In this document: in pieces, positions 29,365 to 38,084 of the stretch | Position numbering within the stretch: the stretch's first letter is position 1 | How the letters are laid out: each line of letters starts with the position of its first letter | IMG/VR virus record: IMGVR_UViG_3300018954_000017 | Coordinates: 2,216 to 66,215 of that record | Direction: 5' to 3' (one strand) | From: a virus | Length of the DNA: 64,000 bases | The notes under the pieces: generated by a model | Database searches by the model: none | What the model was told of the DNA's origin: nothing | Seen by the model: only the letters and a program-made list of their open reading frames with translations | Program-made: the position numbers and the translations under genes

Positions 29365-29775
29365 CTACAGTCTCATCAGTCCTGAAGTCATCTCTTGCTG
29401 TACTTTAGCAGCCAATTGCAAGGCTTTTGAGACTTTGGAGTCTAGACGTTCACGCTTATAGGATGCCTTTAGAGACTCGCGGATATCAGCTTTAGGATCA
29501 TGTGACATCAATTTCACTAGCTGTGCATCATGCAATGACACCCCATAGTAATCATAGCCAGCACCAGAACCATAGATGACCCTGAGAGTGCGTGTCTCGT
29601 GGTTGTAGAAGATTGCCTCTACTGAGGATGAACACTCACAACGTAAGACTGAAACTACTGTGGAGGATGCTTTCTTGGCTGTACGTGCGATACGTTTGTG
29701 GATTGCAGACATTGTGAAATACCTTTTATGTGTTGGTGTTGTGAATAATCTAACCTTTGGTAGATACAGTGTCAA
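29365..29775 (-). CDS. Divergent KTSC-like protein
   Basis: SSSVEAIFYNHETRTLRVIYGSGAGYDYYGVS; real start probably internal (MSAIHK). Confidence 0.65.
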   Translation of the reverse strand: MTLYLPKVRLFTTPTHKRYFTMSAIHKRIARTAKKASSTVVSVLRCECSSSVEAIFYNHETRTLRVIYGSGAGYDYYGVSLHDAQLVKLMSHDPKADIRESLKASYKRERLDSKVSKALQLAAKVQQEMTSGLMRL

Positions 29776-29947
29776 AGGCTGCTAAAGCAACACTTGAATC
29801 TAGAGAAGGATGAGTGACCAAACGAGACAGCCAGTAACGAACGTTGTCAGGAAACTCACTGTAAATCCTACAGTAAACAGGAATAATGCTTTCATGCGAA
29901 TACCTTGTGTGAATGATGTGGGAGTTACTCAGCTAACTTAGCCAATT

Positions 29948-30934
29948 TTACGCAGCTACGGCAAGTTTAGCAAGTTTAGCAAGTTTAGCAAGTTTAGCAT
30001 CTTTCCGGGCACGGGCAAGGTTAGATAGGTGGAGTTCCTTGATGGGGGTCTTGCTAGGGGATACTGTCACTTCGGCTATGTCCACGCCTTGGCTTCTGAA
30101 GTAGTCAGCACAGCCCTTGAGTAACGCCTCCCCAGTCGCGCCCTTGCCCCCAATGTTGCCTTGGAATAACCCTTGTGAGCGTAGAGCCTTGCACACCTGT
30201 TGCAGTTGACGATACTTCATCCCCTTGCACTCCTCCCACGATAGACCCTCAGGAAGGCTAATGATTTCTTGAGTCTTGGCTTTGGTCGCCTTGGGAGCCT
30301 TAGCAGGGCTAGCTGGTGCTACGTACGCAGAGTTGAGGATGTGGTGAGCTAATGCAGCTTTGATGAGGGTGCTAGCAGATTTACCTGTGATACCTGTATG
30401 TAGAGCATGATGATTTAACGCTTGAGCAGCTTGCACCAACTCCCTCCGTGACATTGCCTCTAGAGCCTCTATTGAAGCGATAGTGGGCATAGGTAGCTTT
30501 GGGGTCTTAGGCGCTTTAGATGCCTTGGATGACTCAGGCTCATCAACTGTAGCGTCAGGCTTGCTTTTGATAACCTCTGTTGCTGTAGTACCCGCAGCAA
30601 TTATCTCACCATTAACAAAAGGCGCTGCTGACATTGTGGCTATGTTTTCGTCAGGAGTATTTAGTTTGACAAGATCTAGAAAGTCTTTAGAATTCTTGAC
30701 TTGTTGCACAATCTTGAACACACCTCGTAGCTTTGCCTGTTCAGCGATAAGAGCTAAAGCCGCTTGAGTAGAACTATTGGTTGACTTGAGATACTCTTGG
30801 ATACTGAGAACTAGGTCATCAATCAGTTTGTTATTGAATCTGTAATCCATCAGGACATTTTCAATTACATCTAGCACTCTGACATCCATTGCGGCGGCGA
30901 TCTCAGGTGTGACTGTGGCGACTGTAGTTGTCAT
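29948..30934 (-). CDS. Ala/Lys-rich protein with two Rho-N/SAP-like helical modules (putative DNA/RNA binding)
   Basis: LEAMSRRELVQAAQAL and CKGMKYRQLQQVCKAL modules, PAK/PKT linkers, C-terminal AKL repeats. Confidence 0.6.
   Translation of the reverse strand: MTTTVATVTPEIAAAMDVRVLDVIENVLMDYRFNNKLIDDLVLSIQEYLKSTNSSTQAALALIAEQAKLRGVFKIVQQVKNSKDFLDLVKLNTPDENIATMSAAPFVNGEIIAAGTTATEVIKSKPDATVDEPESSKASKAPKTPKLPMPTIASIEALEAMSRRELVQAAQALNHHALHTGITGKSASTLIKAALAHHILNSAYVAPASPAKAPKATKAKTQEIISLPEGLSWEECKGMKYRQLQQVCKALRSQGLFQGNIGGKGATGEALLKGCADYFRSQGVDIAEVTVSPSKTPIKELHLSNLARARKDAKLAKLAKLAKLAVAA
29961..29996. repeat. 4 x 9-bp tandem repeat (AKL)
   Basis: GCAAGTTTA x4. Confidence 0.9.
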
Positions 30935-31408
30935 TTGCTTAACTCCTGTGGGCTGATGTGTCTAATCTAACTGAGTGGCTATCGACTGTCAAGAGTTTTC
31001 TGAAGAATCTTTTGAAACTACTGTAACCCTTGCGTTGCCGTCGTTCCTTACCCCTGATGTCTCTATTATGGCATGGTGGCTACCCACTGGTCATGAGTAT
31101 ATATGCCTAATTGAGAAATTGCTTCTGATTGGCGTCTCCTCTCCCGCATTCTTTTTAAACAAAGGAAAGAGGTTAGCACGGGGATCGGTAGATGTCTATA
31201 AGTACTTGTGCTTACAGTTGTTTGTTTTCGACCAACTAATAACACAAATTACGTCACCAGGCTGCGTCCCCCTAATCTACACCACACAAAATTTTGAACA
31301 ATACTTGGTCTATAGCTGAGGATGTAAGTCATAAAATACTAACACACCCTACAGACCTACTAATTCGGTATAATAATCAATATTGAACTTAGTTAGTAGG
31401 TAACTCCA

Positions 31409-31720
31409 ATGTCTAACAGAAGCTTACCAAAGCCACTAGGGCTATCAAGAGTCATGCCACATGATGTAGTCTTCGATCATTACCTATCTGAAGATGAGAG
31501 ACGAGAGCGAACATTAGCAGCATTTGCCTGGGTCGAAAGCAAACTGGAGCTGTTCATGCCACTATCGCCAATGCAACAGGTCAGTCTAAAGAAGATATTG
31601 TCAGCAGTCCGCCGCAGTGATGCTATTGCTGCTGAAGTTGCTATTGCAGAGCTGATATATCTAGAGGAGCCAGTCAAGAAGGGATGGAATAAGTTTGGAG
31701 TGGGTGAAGGAGAAGTCTAG
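31409..31720 (+). CDS. Hypothetical protein
   Basis: 103 aa on the plus strand. Confidence 0.55.
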   Translation: MSNRSLPKPLGLSRVMPHDVVFDHYLSEDERRERTLAAFAWVESKLELFMPLSPMQQVSLKKILSAVRRSDAIAAEVAIAELIYLEEPVKKGWNKFGVGEGEV

Positions 31721-31953
31721 TCAGGAATGTACTCCACAAAGTATTCATACAAATCGAGATTGAGTGGATGTTGTAATTGAGACTCCACGAATCTTACCTG
31801 CTCACTAGTTTCAACAGGATAGGCATCATACATGGGATTGTCTGACTCAATATTGAACAACCTTTGAAGATCGGACAGTGTTACCACTTTTAAAGGTGAC
31901 GAACCAATTAAACCATCGCAATCTTTCTCAAACCAAATCACTGTAGGAATCAT
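31717..31953 (-). CDS. Small acidic protein, immunity-protein-like
   Basis: WFEK...LIG...L...LQRLF...DNPMYDAYPV...LDLYEYFVE pattern recalled from proteins next to polymorphic toxins; unverified. Confidence 0.5.
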   Translation of the reverse strand: MIPTVIWFEKDCDGLIGSSPLKVVTLSDLQRLFNIESDNPMYDAYPVETSEQVRFVESQLQHPLNLDLYEYFVEYIPD

Positions 31954-32020
31954 TTGCGTCTCCAGAAAAACTAAAGTCTACTATTGTCATTATAGAAACT
32001 GAGGCAGTAAGATAGTCAAA

Positions 32021-32404
32021 TTGCGGATTGAACTGCAACAACAATCCGCAATAATCCAAGTAATTATGGTGAATATTACGATTATGCCAGAAAACAAAAG
32101 GTACGCAAAGATGCACAGAACAATTTCTTTAGAAGACTTGAGATGGCTAAAGACACAAGAGCCTTGCGTAAAAGAATTATGGATTGACTGTGTAATAGCG
32201 GAGGGATTCGGAGACAGATTTGTTGATGTTGAGACAGACTTGAGCGAAAAGTCATTCCGCAAAGCGAAGAAAGCCCTTGAGTCACGGTTCTTTGAATTTC
32301 AGGCAAATCTAGAACTGAGTGCCGCTGGAAGAGGGGTGATTACAGGATGGAAAGTTCGGAACGTCCACGGTACACGCAACAGGAAATACTGGTCTGAAGA
32401 ATAG
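32021..32404 (+). CDS. Stand-alone paralogue of the initiator N-terminal domain
   Basis: NKRYAKM...WLKTQEPCVKELWI...FGDRF...LSEKSFRKAK...FFEF...WKVRNVHG...YW aligns to aa ~18-113 of 10359..11591; real start probably ATG 32085. Confidence 0.8.
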   Translation: MRIELQQQSAIIQVIMVNITIMPENKRYAKMHRTISLEDLRWLKTQEPCVKELWIDCVIAEGFGDRFVDVETDLSEKSFRKAKKALESRFFEFQANLELSAAGRGVITGWKVRNVHGTRNRKYWSEE

Positions 32405-32427
32405 AGCTAAGTCGAATATTGGAGTTT

Positions 32428-32453
32428 AAGCAGGCTTTCGGGTCTGCTTTTTT
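32428..32453 (+). terminator. Intrinsic terminator
   Basis: AAGCAGGC-TTTCGG-GTCTGCTT followed by TTTT. Confidence 0.75.
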
Positions 32454-32476
32454 ATGTAGGTAAATAGGGATTCCTC

Positions 32477-33050
32477 ATTTACTGTAAATCGGGAAAGCCA
32501 ATCTACTGTAAATTGAGCCATGGGAACTCAGCCGATTTCACGGGAAGCAAAAAAGTTCTCATGGTAAAAGATTCCAGAGGAGAGAGCCGGAATTCTTTAA
32601 CAGTAAGCATTTTCGCGGCTCTCATGACTTATTCATGATCTAATACATGATCTAAGATCTATCACTCCGGTTATTTACTACTCACTTCGTTCGTTGTAAA
32701 TAACCTCCGTGACGCAACAAGTTGCGAGTTGGACAGTCAGGAGGATGATTGAGAAAGAAAGAATTGCTCACGCCTCTACGACCAATCTAAAGGGTGTTCG
32801 CTGCGCTCACGGGCAAAGCCTGACCTGACTTACCATCATCGTCTTACAGATCTAGAACACGGGCTAGTCACTACGAACGAAGATGAACACTTAAACTTCC
32901 CGTGCAGAAGATGCTGGATAGGTGTAGATCTTTTAAATACGATTTCGCCCCCACTAAAATCGCCAAGAAGCCGCCCCGAATTTCGCGAACGTCCAATCCT
33001 ACCCGCGACCCACTAAACCCGCCTTGCTGCCCCGTACAGCCACTCCTGAG
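32477..33050 (+). repeat. Dispersed non-coding element family A, copy 2
   Basis: Palindrome pair 32477/32501, GATC-rich AT tract, two hairpins, conserved core, C-rich tail. Confidence 0.9.
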
Positions 33051-33167
33051 AGAACGCGCACCCTGCCTATCTACCTCGACTTACATGTGCAACTTCTAGA
33101 CTAACGATTTTGCGTCAATCTAGCCTCGTGCTACAATGATGATTAAGAATTCGACAGAGGAGTGCAA

Positions 33168-33236
33168 ATGTTAGATTTTGTGTTGCTACTGATTTGGTTA
33201 GGGTTTCTGTTGTGGCTAGTAAGCTTGGCGTGGTGA
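33168..33236 (+). CDS. 22-aa hydrophobic peptide
   Basis: MLDFVLLLIWLGFLLWLVSLAW; GAGGAG RBS and TGnTACAAT promoter upstream. Confidence 0.5.
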   Translation: MLDFVLLLIWLGFLLWLVSLAW

Positions 33237-33239
33237 GAT

Positions 33240-33326
33240 ATGATGATTGACTTGTTTTTGATTACGTTGTGGTTTATGTTTTTGACTTGGGCACTAATGC
33301 CACCAGAAGATGATTGAGGAGATTTA
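33240..33326 (+). CDS. 28-aa hydrophobic peptide
   Basis: MMIDLFLITLWFMFLTWALMHQKMIEEI; similar to the preceding peptide. Confidence 0.45.
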
Positions 33327-33429
33327 AGAAGACAATATTGGTGGAATTTACCAAAACTACAGGATTAATTAATTGTGCTATTCTCATTATTAGGCACAGC
33401 CTAGGGATTGTCGTTATGACTGTCGTAAA

Positions 33430-33466
33430 CAAAAGAAGCACCAGAGATAATCTAGTGCTTCTTTTG
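33430..33466. terminator. Bidirectional terminator
   Basis: CAAAAGAAGCAC/GTGCTTCTTTTG 12-bp stem between convergent units. Confidence 0.75.
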
Positions 33467-33482
33467 CGTATCTGTTGTCAAG

Positions 33483-34052
33483 CTAATGTCTTGAGTATTT
33501 TATCAGGTCGTCTAGATTGCGGTGTAAATCTTCGATGGTGAAATTGTTATTTAGAGGAAACACTTGATTGCCGTGGTTCCATAACATTTCTCGAATCTGC
33601 GTGTAGTGTTCATCGGAGGTTTCCTTTTTAGCAGAATCCCGATGCAGACTAAACACAACCAGTTGATGATCGCCTGCGTCTCGAATGTCTACCAATGCCT
33701 CAACCTCTTGTATGTTACGGAGACTGACAACGCAAACATCCTGGTACGAGAGCAGTTTTGGCATATGCGCTTGCATCGCCAACGTACTCCGCCCCGGCAT
33801 CCACTCCTTGTAGAAGTGGTAAAGAGCGATCATGTACTCTTGCATACTCTTGTTCTCATTGGTAGGCACTGGCGCGTTTTTGCCTTCTATGGTGTCGAGA
33901 AAGCCTTCTGGGAATCCGCAAAGTTTTTCCTCGAAGCGTTTCATGAATCCAATTGGATGGTAATGATGAATGTTGTATTTGGATTCTAGGTAGTTAGCAA
34001 CTTCAGTTTTCCCTTCGCCAGTCCTACCATGTGCGACATAGATTATAGCCAC
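33483..34052 (-). CDS. Deoxynucleoside monophosphate kinase
   Basis: N-terminal P-loop GRTGEGKT; VCVVSLRNIQE and H..E C-terminal motifs of phage dNMP kinases. Confidence 0.75.
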   Translation of the reverse strand: MAIIYVAHGRTGEGKTEVANYLESKYNIHHYHPIGFMKRFEEKLCGFPEGFLDTIEGKNAPVPTNENKSMQEYMIALYHFYKEWMPGRSTLAMQAHMPKLLSYQDVCVVSLRNIQEVEALVDIRDAGDHQLVVFSLHRDSAKKETSDEHYTQIREMLWNHGNQVFPLNNNFTIEDLHRNLDDLIKYSRH

Positions 34053-34585
34053 GAAGATTCTCCCTTAAGTGCTTCAACTGAGTAAAAAACGGGAATACCT
34101 AGTTTTTGGGCGAAAGCTCGTTCTTCGGTCGCTCCTGATGACTTTTGCCACTCTGGCATCATGAGGATGTAGTCGCATTGACGAAGGATATCTAGATCAC
34201 CTTGAAGAAACATTTCTGGCGTCCCTCCAAATCTGTCCATCAACATTCCGTTAGTGTGAGGACAGATAGCTGCAAAACCTGCAATCCAGACTTGGCGCGA
34301 TATGTTCCAAGCTTTGTAAATATTAATCAGCTCACCAATGACTGACGGAAGCCAGCGAGAGCCGCGCCAACGGTATGCTCCTGCGACGTAAACTGTTTTC
34401 ATGTTGCTTGTACCTTTTACTCTCTCAATGGTATCAAAAAGTTCAATGGGAATTGATTGTTTGGAGCCGACGATGTACATCTCTCCATTAATAAGTTGGG
34501 CGGGTTTGATTTGTTGCCTCGGATCTTCTTTAAATTTAACCCAATAGAACTCATGATTTCTCATTTGTCTCATCCTTTTTGTCAA
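34043..34585 (-). CDS. DUF4406/DUF1937-like protein (nucleoside deoxyribosyltransferase-like fold) with an N-terminal extension
   Basis: VYVAGAYR...ICPHTN...DLDILRQCDYILMMPEWQKSSGATEERAFAQKLGIPVFY. Confidence 0.8.
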   Translation of the reverse strand: MTKRMRQMRNHEFYWVKFKEDPRQQIKPAQLINGEMYIVGSKQSIPIELFDTIERVKGTSNMKTVYVAGAYRWRGSRWLPSVIGELINIYKAWNISRQVWIAGFAAICPHTNGMLMDRFGGTPEMFLQGDLDILRQCDYILMMPEWQKSSGATEERAFAQKLGIPVFYSVEALKGESSWL

Positions 34586-34772
34586 AATTTCCAGAGATCA
34601 ATTTGAACTTAGTCTTTGGCTCGAAGAACAGCATTAGGACGCCAGTGCCCTGTATCTGCCCCGGTAGGAATTCAGTAGTGAACAGTCTGTACTCTTTGCC
34701 GAGCTTGATACATACGGCTTCAATGGCATCTGGATATGTGCTATCAGGGTGTTGGATTGTGATGACTTTCAT
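34551..34772 (-). CDS. Hypothetical protein
   Basis: 73 aa, coupled. Confidence 0.55.
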   Translation of the reverse strand: MKVITIQHPDSTYPDAIEAVCIKLGKEYRLFTTEFLPGQIQGTGVLMLFFEPKTKFKLISGNFDKKDETNEKS

Positions 34773-35167
34773 ACATTACATGGGTGAGGAAACTCAATGT
34801 CTTTGTAATACTTTACCCTTTGCCTTTCAACAGCAATAACAAACCACTCTGGCAAATCATAATGCTGTTGTATCTCCAGCAACTCTTCGTGTCCCATCCA
34901 GCCTTTTGCCCGACTGTCAGCGTATTGTTTGATGTGGAAGTTTAAAGAAGCTTTAGCCGCAACTGTCTGCACGAGTTCGCTTTTGTTGGCTATGGCAAAT
35001 AGTTTACCATGAGTGTCGAATTGAAAGAATGCTTGTTTGATGTCAATATCCCCTAAAGGTTCTAACCACGGGCGATTTTTTAGCACATCAAATGGCGCGA
35101 ACGTAAAGTCGTAGCGGAGACGATAATACAACTCGAAGTCCTCCTCGAATCTTTTTGAGTATTTCAA
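34769..35167 (-). CDS. Hypothetical phage protein
   Basis: 132 aa, coupled. Confidence 0.6.
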   Translation of the reverse strand: MKYSKRFEEDFELYYRLRYDFTFAPFDVLKNRPWLEPLGDIDIKQAFFQFDTHGKLFAIANKSELVQTVAAKASLNFHIKQYADSRAKGWMGHEELLEIQQHYDLPEWFVIAVERQRVKYYKDIEFPHPCNV

Positions 35168-35808
35168 GTGGCATTCTCCCTTTTCTGGAAATAGTACTGT
35201 CTCACATACTCTTCCAAATCTTTTTTCAGCACGGATATATCTGGTCGTTGGATTACCTTTGCAATCTCATCTAGTTTGCTTGCCTGCTTTTGCTCTCCAA
35301 GACCATAGTAGTGATGCAGTAGAGTGACTATGTCGCGCTGTTCTTTGTCAACGAGTCGAGCCGCATCTTTCCCCATTAACACAAACTTATTCATCAATTG
35401 CTGCTGAAGAAAATCAACAAACTCAACTGTCTGCAAAACAATTTCGGACGGTAGTTCCTTTTGCCGCTTTAGTGCGAGCACTTGTCTGGCGGCAGGACAG
35501 CTTTCGTTGCCACAGTATTGATGTCTTTCAGCCTTTAAGTTGCTTCCCCAAAACTTTACTTGGTTATTACAAACACCATGTAGTTCTGGATCGTAGATGT
35601 TACCAGAGCAACGACAGTACCAAGTGCTATGCGCTTGCTGGTTTCCGGCATCGCCAACTACTGTGAGAGCGCCAAAGGTTTGTCCTACAAGATTGTCTCG
35701 CTTGGGTTGTCCGCGTCTAGACAGATTAATGCGACGTTCCTGCTCTAAGATAATGTCGGCAAGAACGTCTTTATCGAGTAGTAGTAGTTCGTCTTTAGAA
35801 TACCCCAT
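35164..35808 (-). CDS. Protein with a homing-endonuclease-associated Cys domain but no visible nuclease domain
   Basis: DNLVGQTFGALTVVG...WYCRC...NLK...YCG. Confidence 0.6.
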   Translation of the reverse strand: MGYSKDELLLLDKDVLADIILEQERRINLSRRGQPKRDNLVGQTFGALTVVGDAGNQQAHSTWYCRCSGNIYDPELHGVCNNQVKFWGSNLKAERHQYCGNESCPAARQVLALKRQKELPSEIVLQTVEFVDFLQQQLMNKFVLMGKDAARLVDKEQRDIVTLLHHYYGLGEQKQASKLDEIAKVIQRPDISVLKKDLEEYVRQYYFQKRENAT

Positions 35809-35850
35809 TTGTTTGCTGAATGGTAAGTGTCTATTATAACACGTACTGCC

Positions 35851-36111
35851 TCAGTAGGCATTGTATTCTAAAACATAAGCATCAGGATAGAACACCTTAC
35901 AGAATGCTCTAGATTGAGTGACGGCTTGCGCTAATGTGTCTTCGTATCTGAAGATAGCTATTGTGCACTTTTGCCCCAATAGCCGCCTGTAAATGACAAC
36001 TTCTAGAGCGCTCATGTCAATGCGACTATAGAGCTTTGTAGTTTTCCGCTTCAAAAAGTATTCACGAATTTTCTTTTCTGCGCAACAAGAACGAGCTTTC
36101 CCCATTAACAA
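35851..36111 (-). CDS. Hypothetical protein
   Basis: 86 aa. Confidence 0.45.
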   Translation of the reverse strand: MLMGKARSCCAEKKIREYFLKRKTTKLYSRIDMSALEVVIYRRLLGQKCTIAIFRYEDTLAQAVTQSRAFCKVFYPDAYVLEYNAY

Positions 36112-36446
36112 TCTCGGTCACCCATGCCAAACATTTGTCGAAGATGAGACTCAACAGTTGCTTTAAAGTCTTCTTCTTCTTCCCAGGGGTCGTCATTTTC
36201 TAACTTTTGTTTACCTAAAGCCTTCTTGTGGGACTTCAATTCTTTGGCAAATTCTTTAGATGCTTCATCAGCAAGAAATTGTCGAACATCATGCAACTTC
36301 TGTAGCGCCTGTCCAATATATGCCCCCGTACAAATTAACGGGGTCTGGTCACTGCTTTCAAATGCTGCTGTGTTTAAATCTTCTATAGCGGCACTGATGT
36401 TGCGATCAATCTGCTCTGCCTGTTCGTCTGTTAGCTTAATCATCAA
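36105..36446 (-). CDS. Hypothetical protein
   Basis: 113 aa, GGAGAGA RBS. Confidence 0.6.
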   Translation of the reverse strand: MMIKLTDEQAEQIDRNISAAIEDLNTAAFESSDQTPLICTGAYIGQALQKLHDVRQFLADEASKEFAKELKSHKKALGKQKLENDDPWEEEEDFKATVESHLRQMFGMGDRDC

Positions 36447-36517
36447 TCTCTCCTTGTTGAATAATCCACCAAATCATGAGTACAAATCCTGTAACTATCA
36501 ATGCTATAGTCATTTTG

Positions 36518-37021
36518 TCAAAATTTTACTCTCTCTTCAATTTCAGTCCAGTTGTCTTCTTTCAATTTAGTCAAGTCGGAGTTTAAGCCTTTGAGTTGAC
36601 TGAAGCTTTCATAGCCGCCCTCTGGTTGTCTCGATAGAATCTTCTGTGCGTAGCCATCGCCAATCCCAGGCATCTCTAGCAACTGAGGTTTGCTGAGGAT
36701 GGGCAGACGCTCTTCGGGTGAAACGGGGTCGGGCAACACGTCGATCTTTGGTGTGTCGAATACGGGCAGAGGTTCGCCATTGCGACGGGAGTCTACCACT
36801 TGGAAGCCTTCGAGTTCAGAGGTTTTTGCGGGTTCACGGAGGAGAAGTTCAATGGTTTCGTTTTCGTATAGAAACTGAAAGATTGGATGTTTGTGGAGAG
36901 CCTCAACATCTTCGTCAGGAATGTTGAGGTTAATTCCGGGCATAACGAACAGCGTTTTCTGTTGTTTGCCGAGCATGTAGTTGAAAGTGTAGCCGGAGCC
37001 GTTGTTGCGAATGGATGCCAT
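36518..37021 (-). CDS. Post-capsid protein with a C-terminal helix-hairpin-helix motif
   Basis: LLEMPGIGDGYAQKILSRQPEGGYESFSQL (ComEA-like HhH); N-terminus resembles genes that follow DUF2184 capsids. Confidence 0.7.
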   Translation of the reverse strand: MASIRNNGSGYTFNYMLGKQQKTLFVMPGINLNIPDEDVEALHKHPIFQFLYENETIELLLREPAKTSELEGFQVVDSRRNGEPLPVFDTPKIDVLPDPVSPEERLPILSKPQLLEMPGIGDGYAQKILSRQPEGGYESFSQLKGLNSDLTKLKEDNWTEIEERVKF

Positions 37022-37132
37022 AGTTTGCTTTTGTTGACTGGGGTTTATAGAAGAAAGTATAATGTAGGACGAGGGGTTAGTGCTTACGATTCACCCCTCG
37101 ACTTGAACAGATCACTTATGGAGATAAGCAAT

Positions 37133-38080
37133 ATGTCTATTCTAGACTATAATTTTGGAATTGAGTTCAATCCGGAAACACATATCTTAGGTGACCTGTG
37201 TTCTTTGCGACACAGGTATCAAGGTTTAGATTTCAGTTTGCGTTTGAAAAAGACAAACCAATGTTGTTTCTGTAAGCGTGAGTATAGACAGAAGAAAGAC
37301 GAAACAGTGCATCCTGAGCGCGTTGCTCGTAAAAAAGAGTTTCATCAAAAAAAAGATAAGCCAGTTTCGGCAGAACGTTTTCCATTTAATCCTCAAAGTC
37401 ATCAGTTAGGTAACCTTTGCAAAGAACGTCACAATTATGACAGTACAGGGAAGACACTTCGCAAGAAAACAAAAAATGGACTAGGTGGCAATTGTATAGC
37501 GTGTGAACGAGAGCAATATCAGGCTAAAGCTGATTTGCGTATTGCAGAACAGCATAAAACGCAACCGTATGTCAAGCACTGCAAATGTGACAGTTGTCAG
37601 GTTGAGTTGAAGCGAAGAGCAGATCAAAGGTTGATTGCTCAAAAAATTACGACTAAAGCTTGGTTAGAAAGAAACCCAGATTATCACAAAGACTGGCAGA
37701 AAACAGGAAAAGGATTGGAATATCGAAGAGAAAAAGATAAATTGAGACACGCCAGGAAAAGAAAACCAGGTGGTTCTCGCTATTCTCCTGTAGAATGGCA
37801 AGAAAGAAAAGCATTGTTTGACAACAAATGTGTCTATTGTGGTAGTAGTAGTCACATCACTTTAGAGCACGTTATTCCGTTGTGTGATGACAGAGGATTT
37901 GATAGAATCACGAACATCGTTCCGGCTTGTTGGGAATGCAACTGTAAGTCTAAACGTGACAAAAGAATGGCTGACTGGTATCCGCAGCAACCATTCTTCA
38001 CGATACAGAGGTTTGAGAAATTGATGTCTGCTTTGGGAGAGGCAGAGATCGACGCTGTGCTTTCCGATCTAGACCTTTAA
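37133..38080 (+). mobile_element. Free-standing HNH (homing-type) endonuclease, antisense within the head operon
   Basis: CVYCG...TLEHVIP...NIVPACWECN core; two N-terminal LGxLC..RH.Y...CxxC modules; ATG 37133 with GGAG RBS. Confidence 0.85.
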
Positions 38081-38084
38081 AAGG

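Noticed and set aside
32902-33099. 65-aa ORF resembling the initiator middle region (PVQKMLDRC vs PVQKIMDQC)
   Set aside because: Part of family A; copies differ by frame-breaking indels, so it is treated as non-coding
37022-38084. Group I intron around the HNH gene
   Set aside because: The insertion is intergenic and antisense, flanking genes are intact, and there is no room for an intron core
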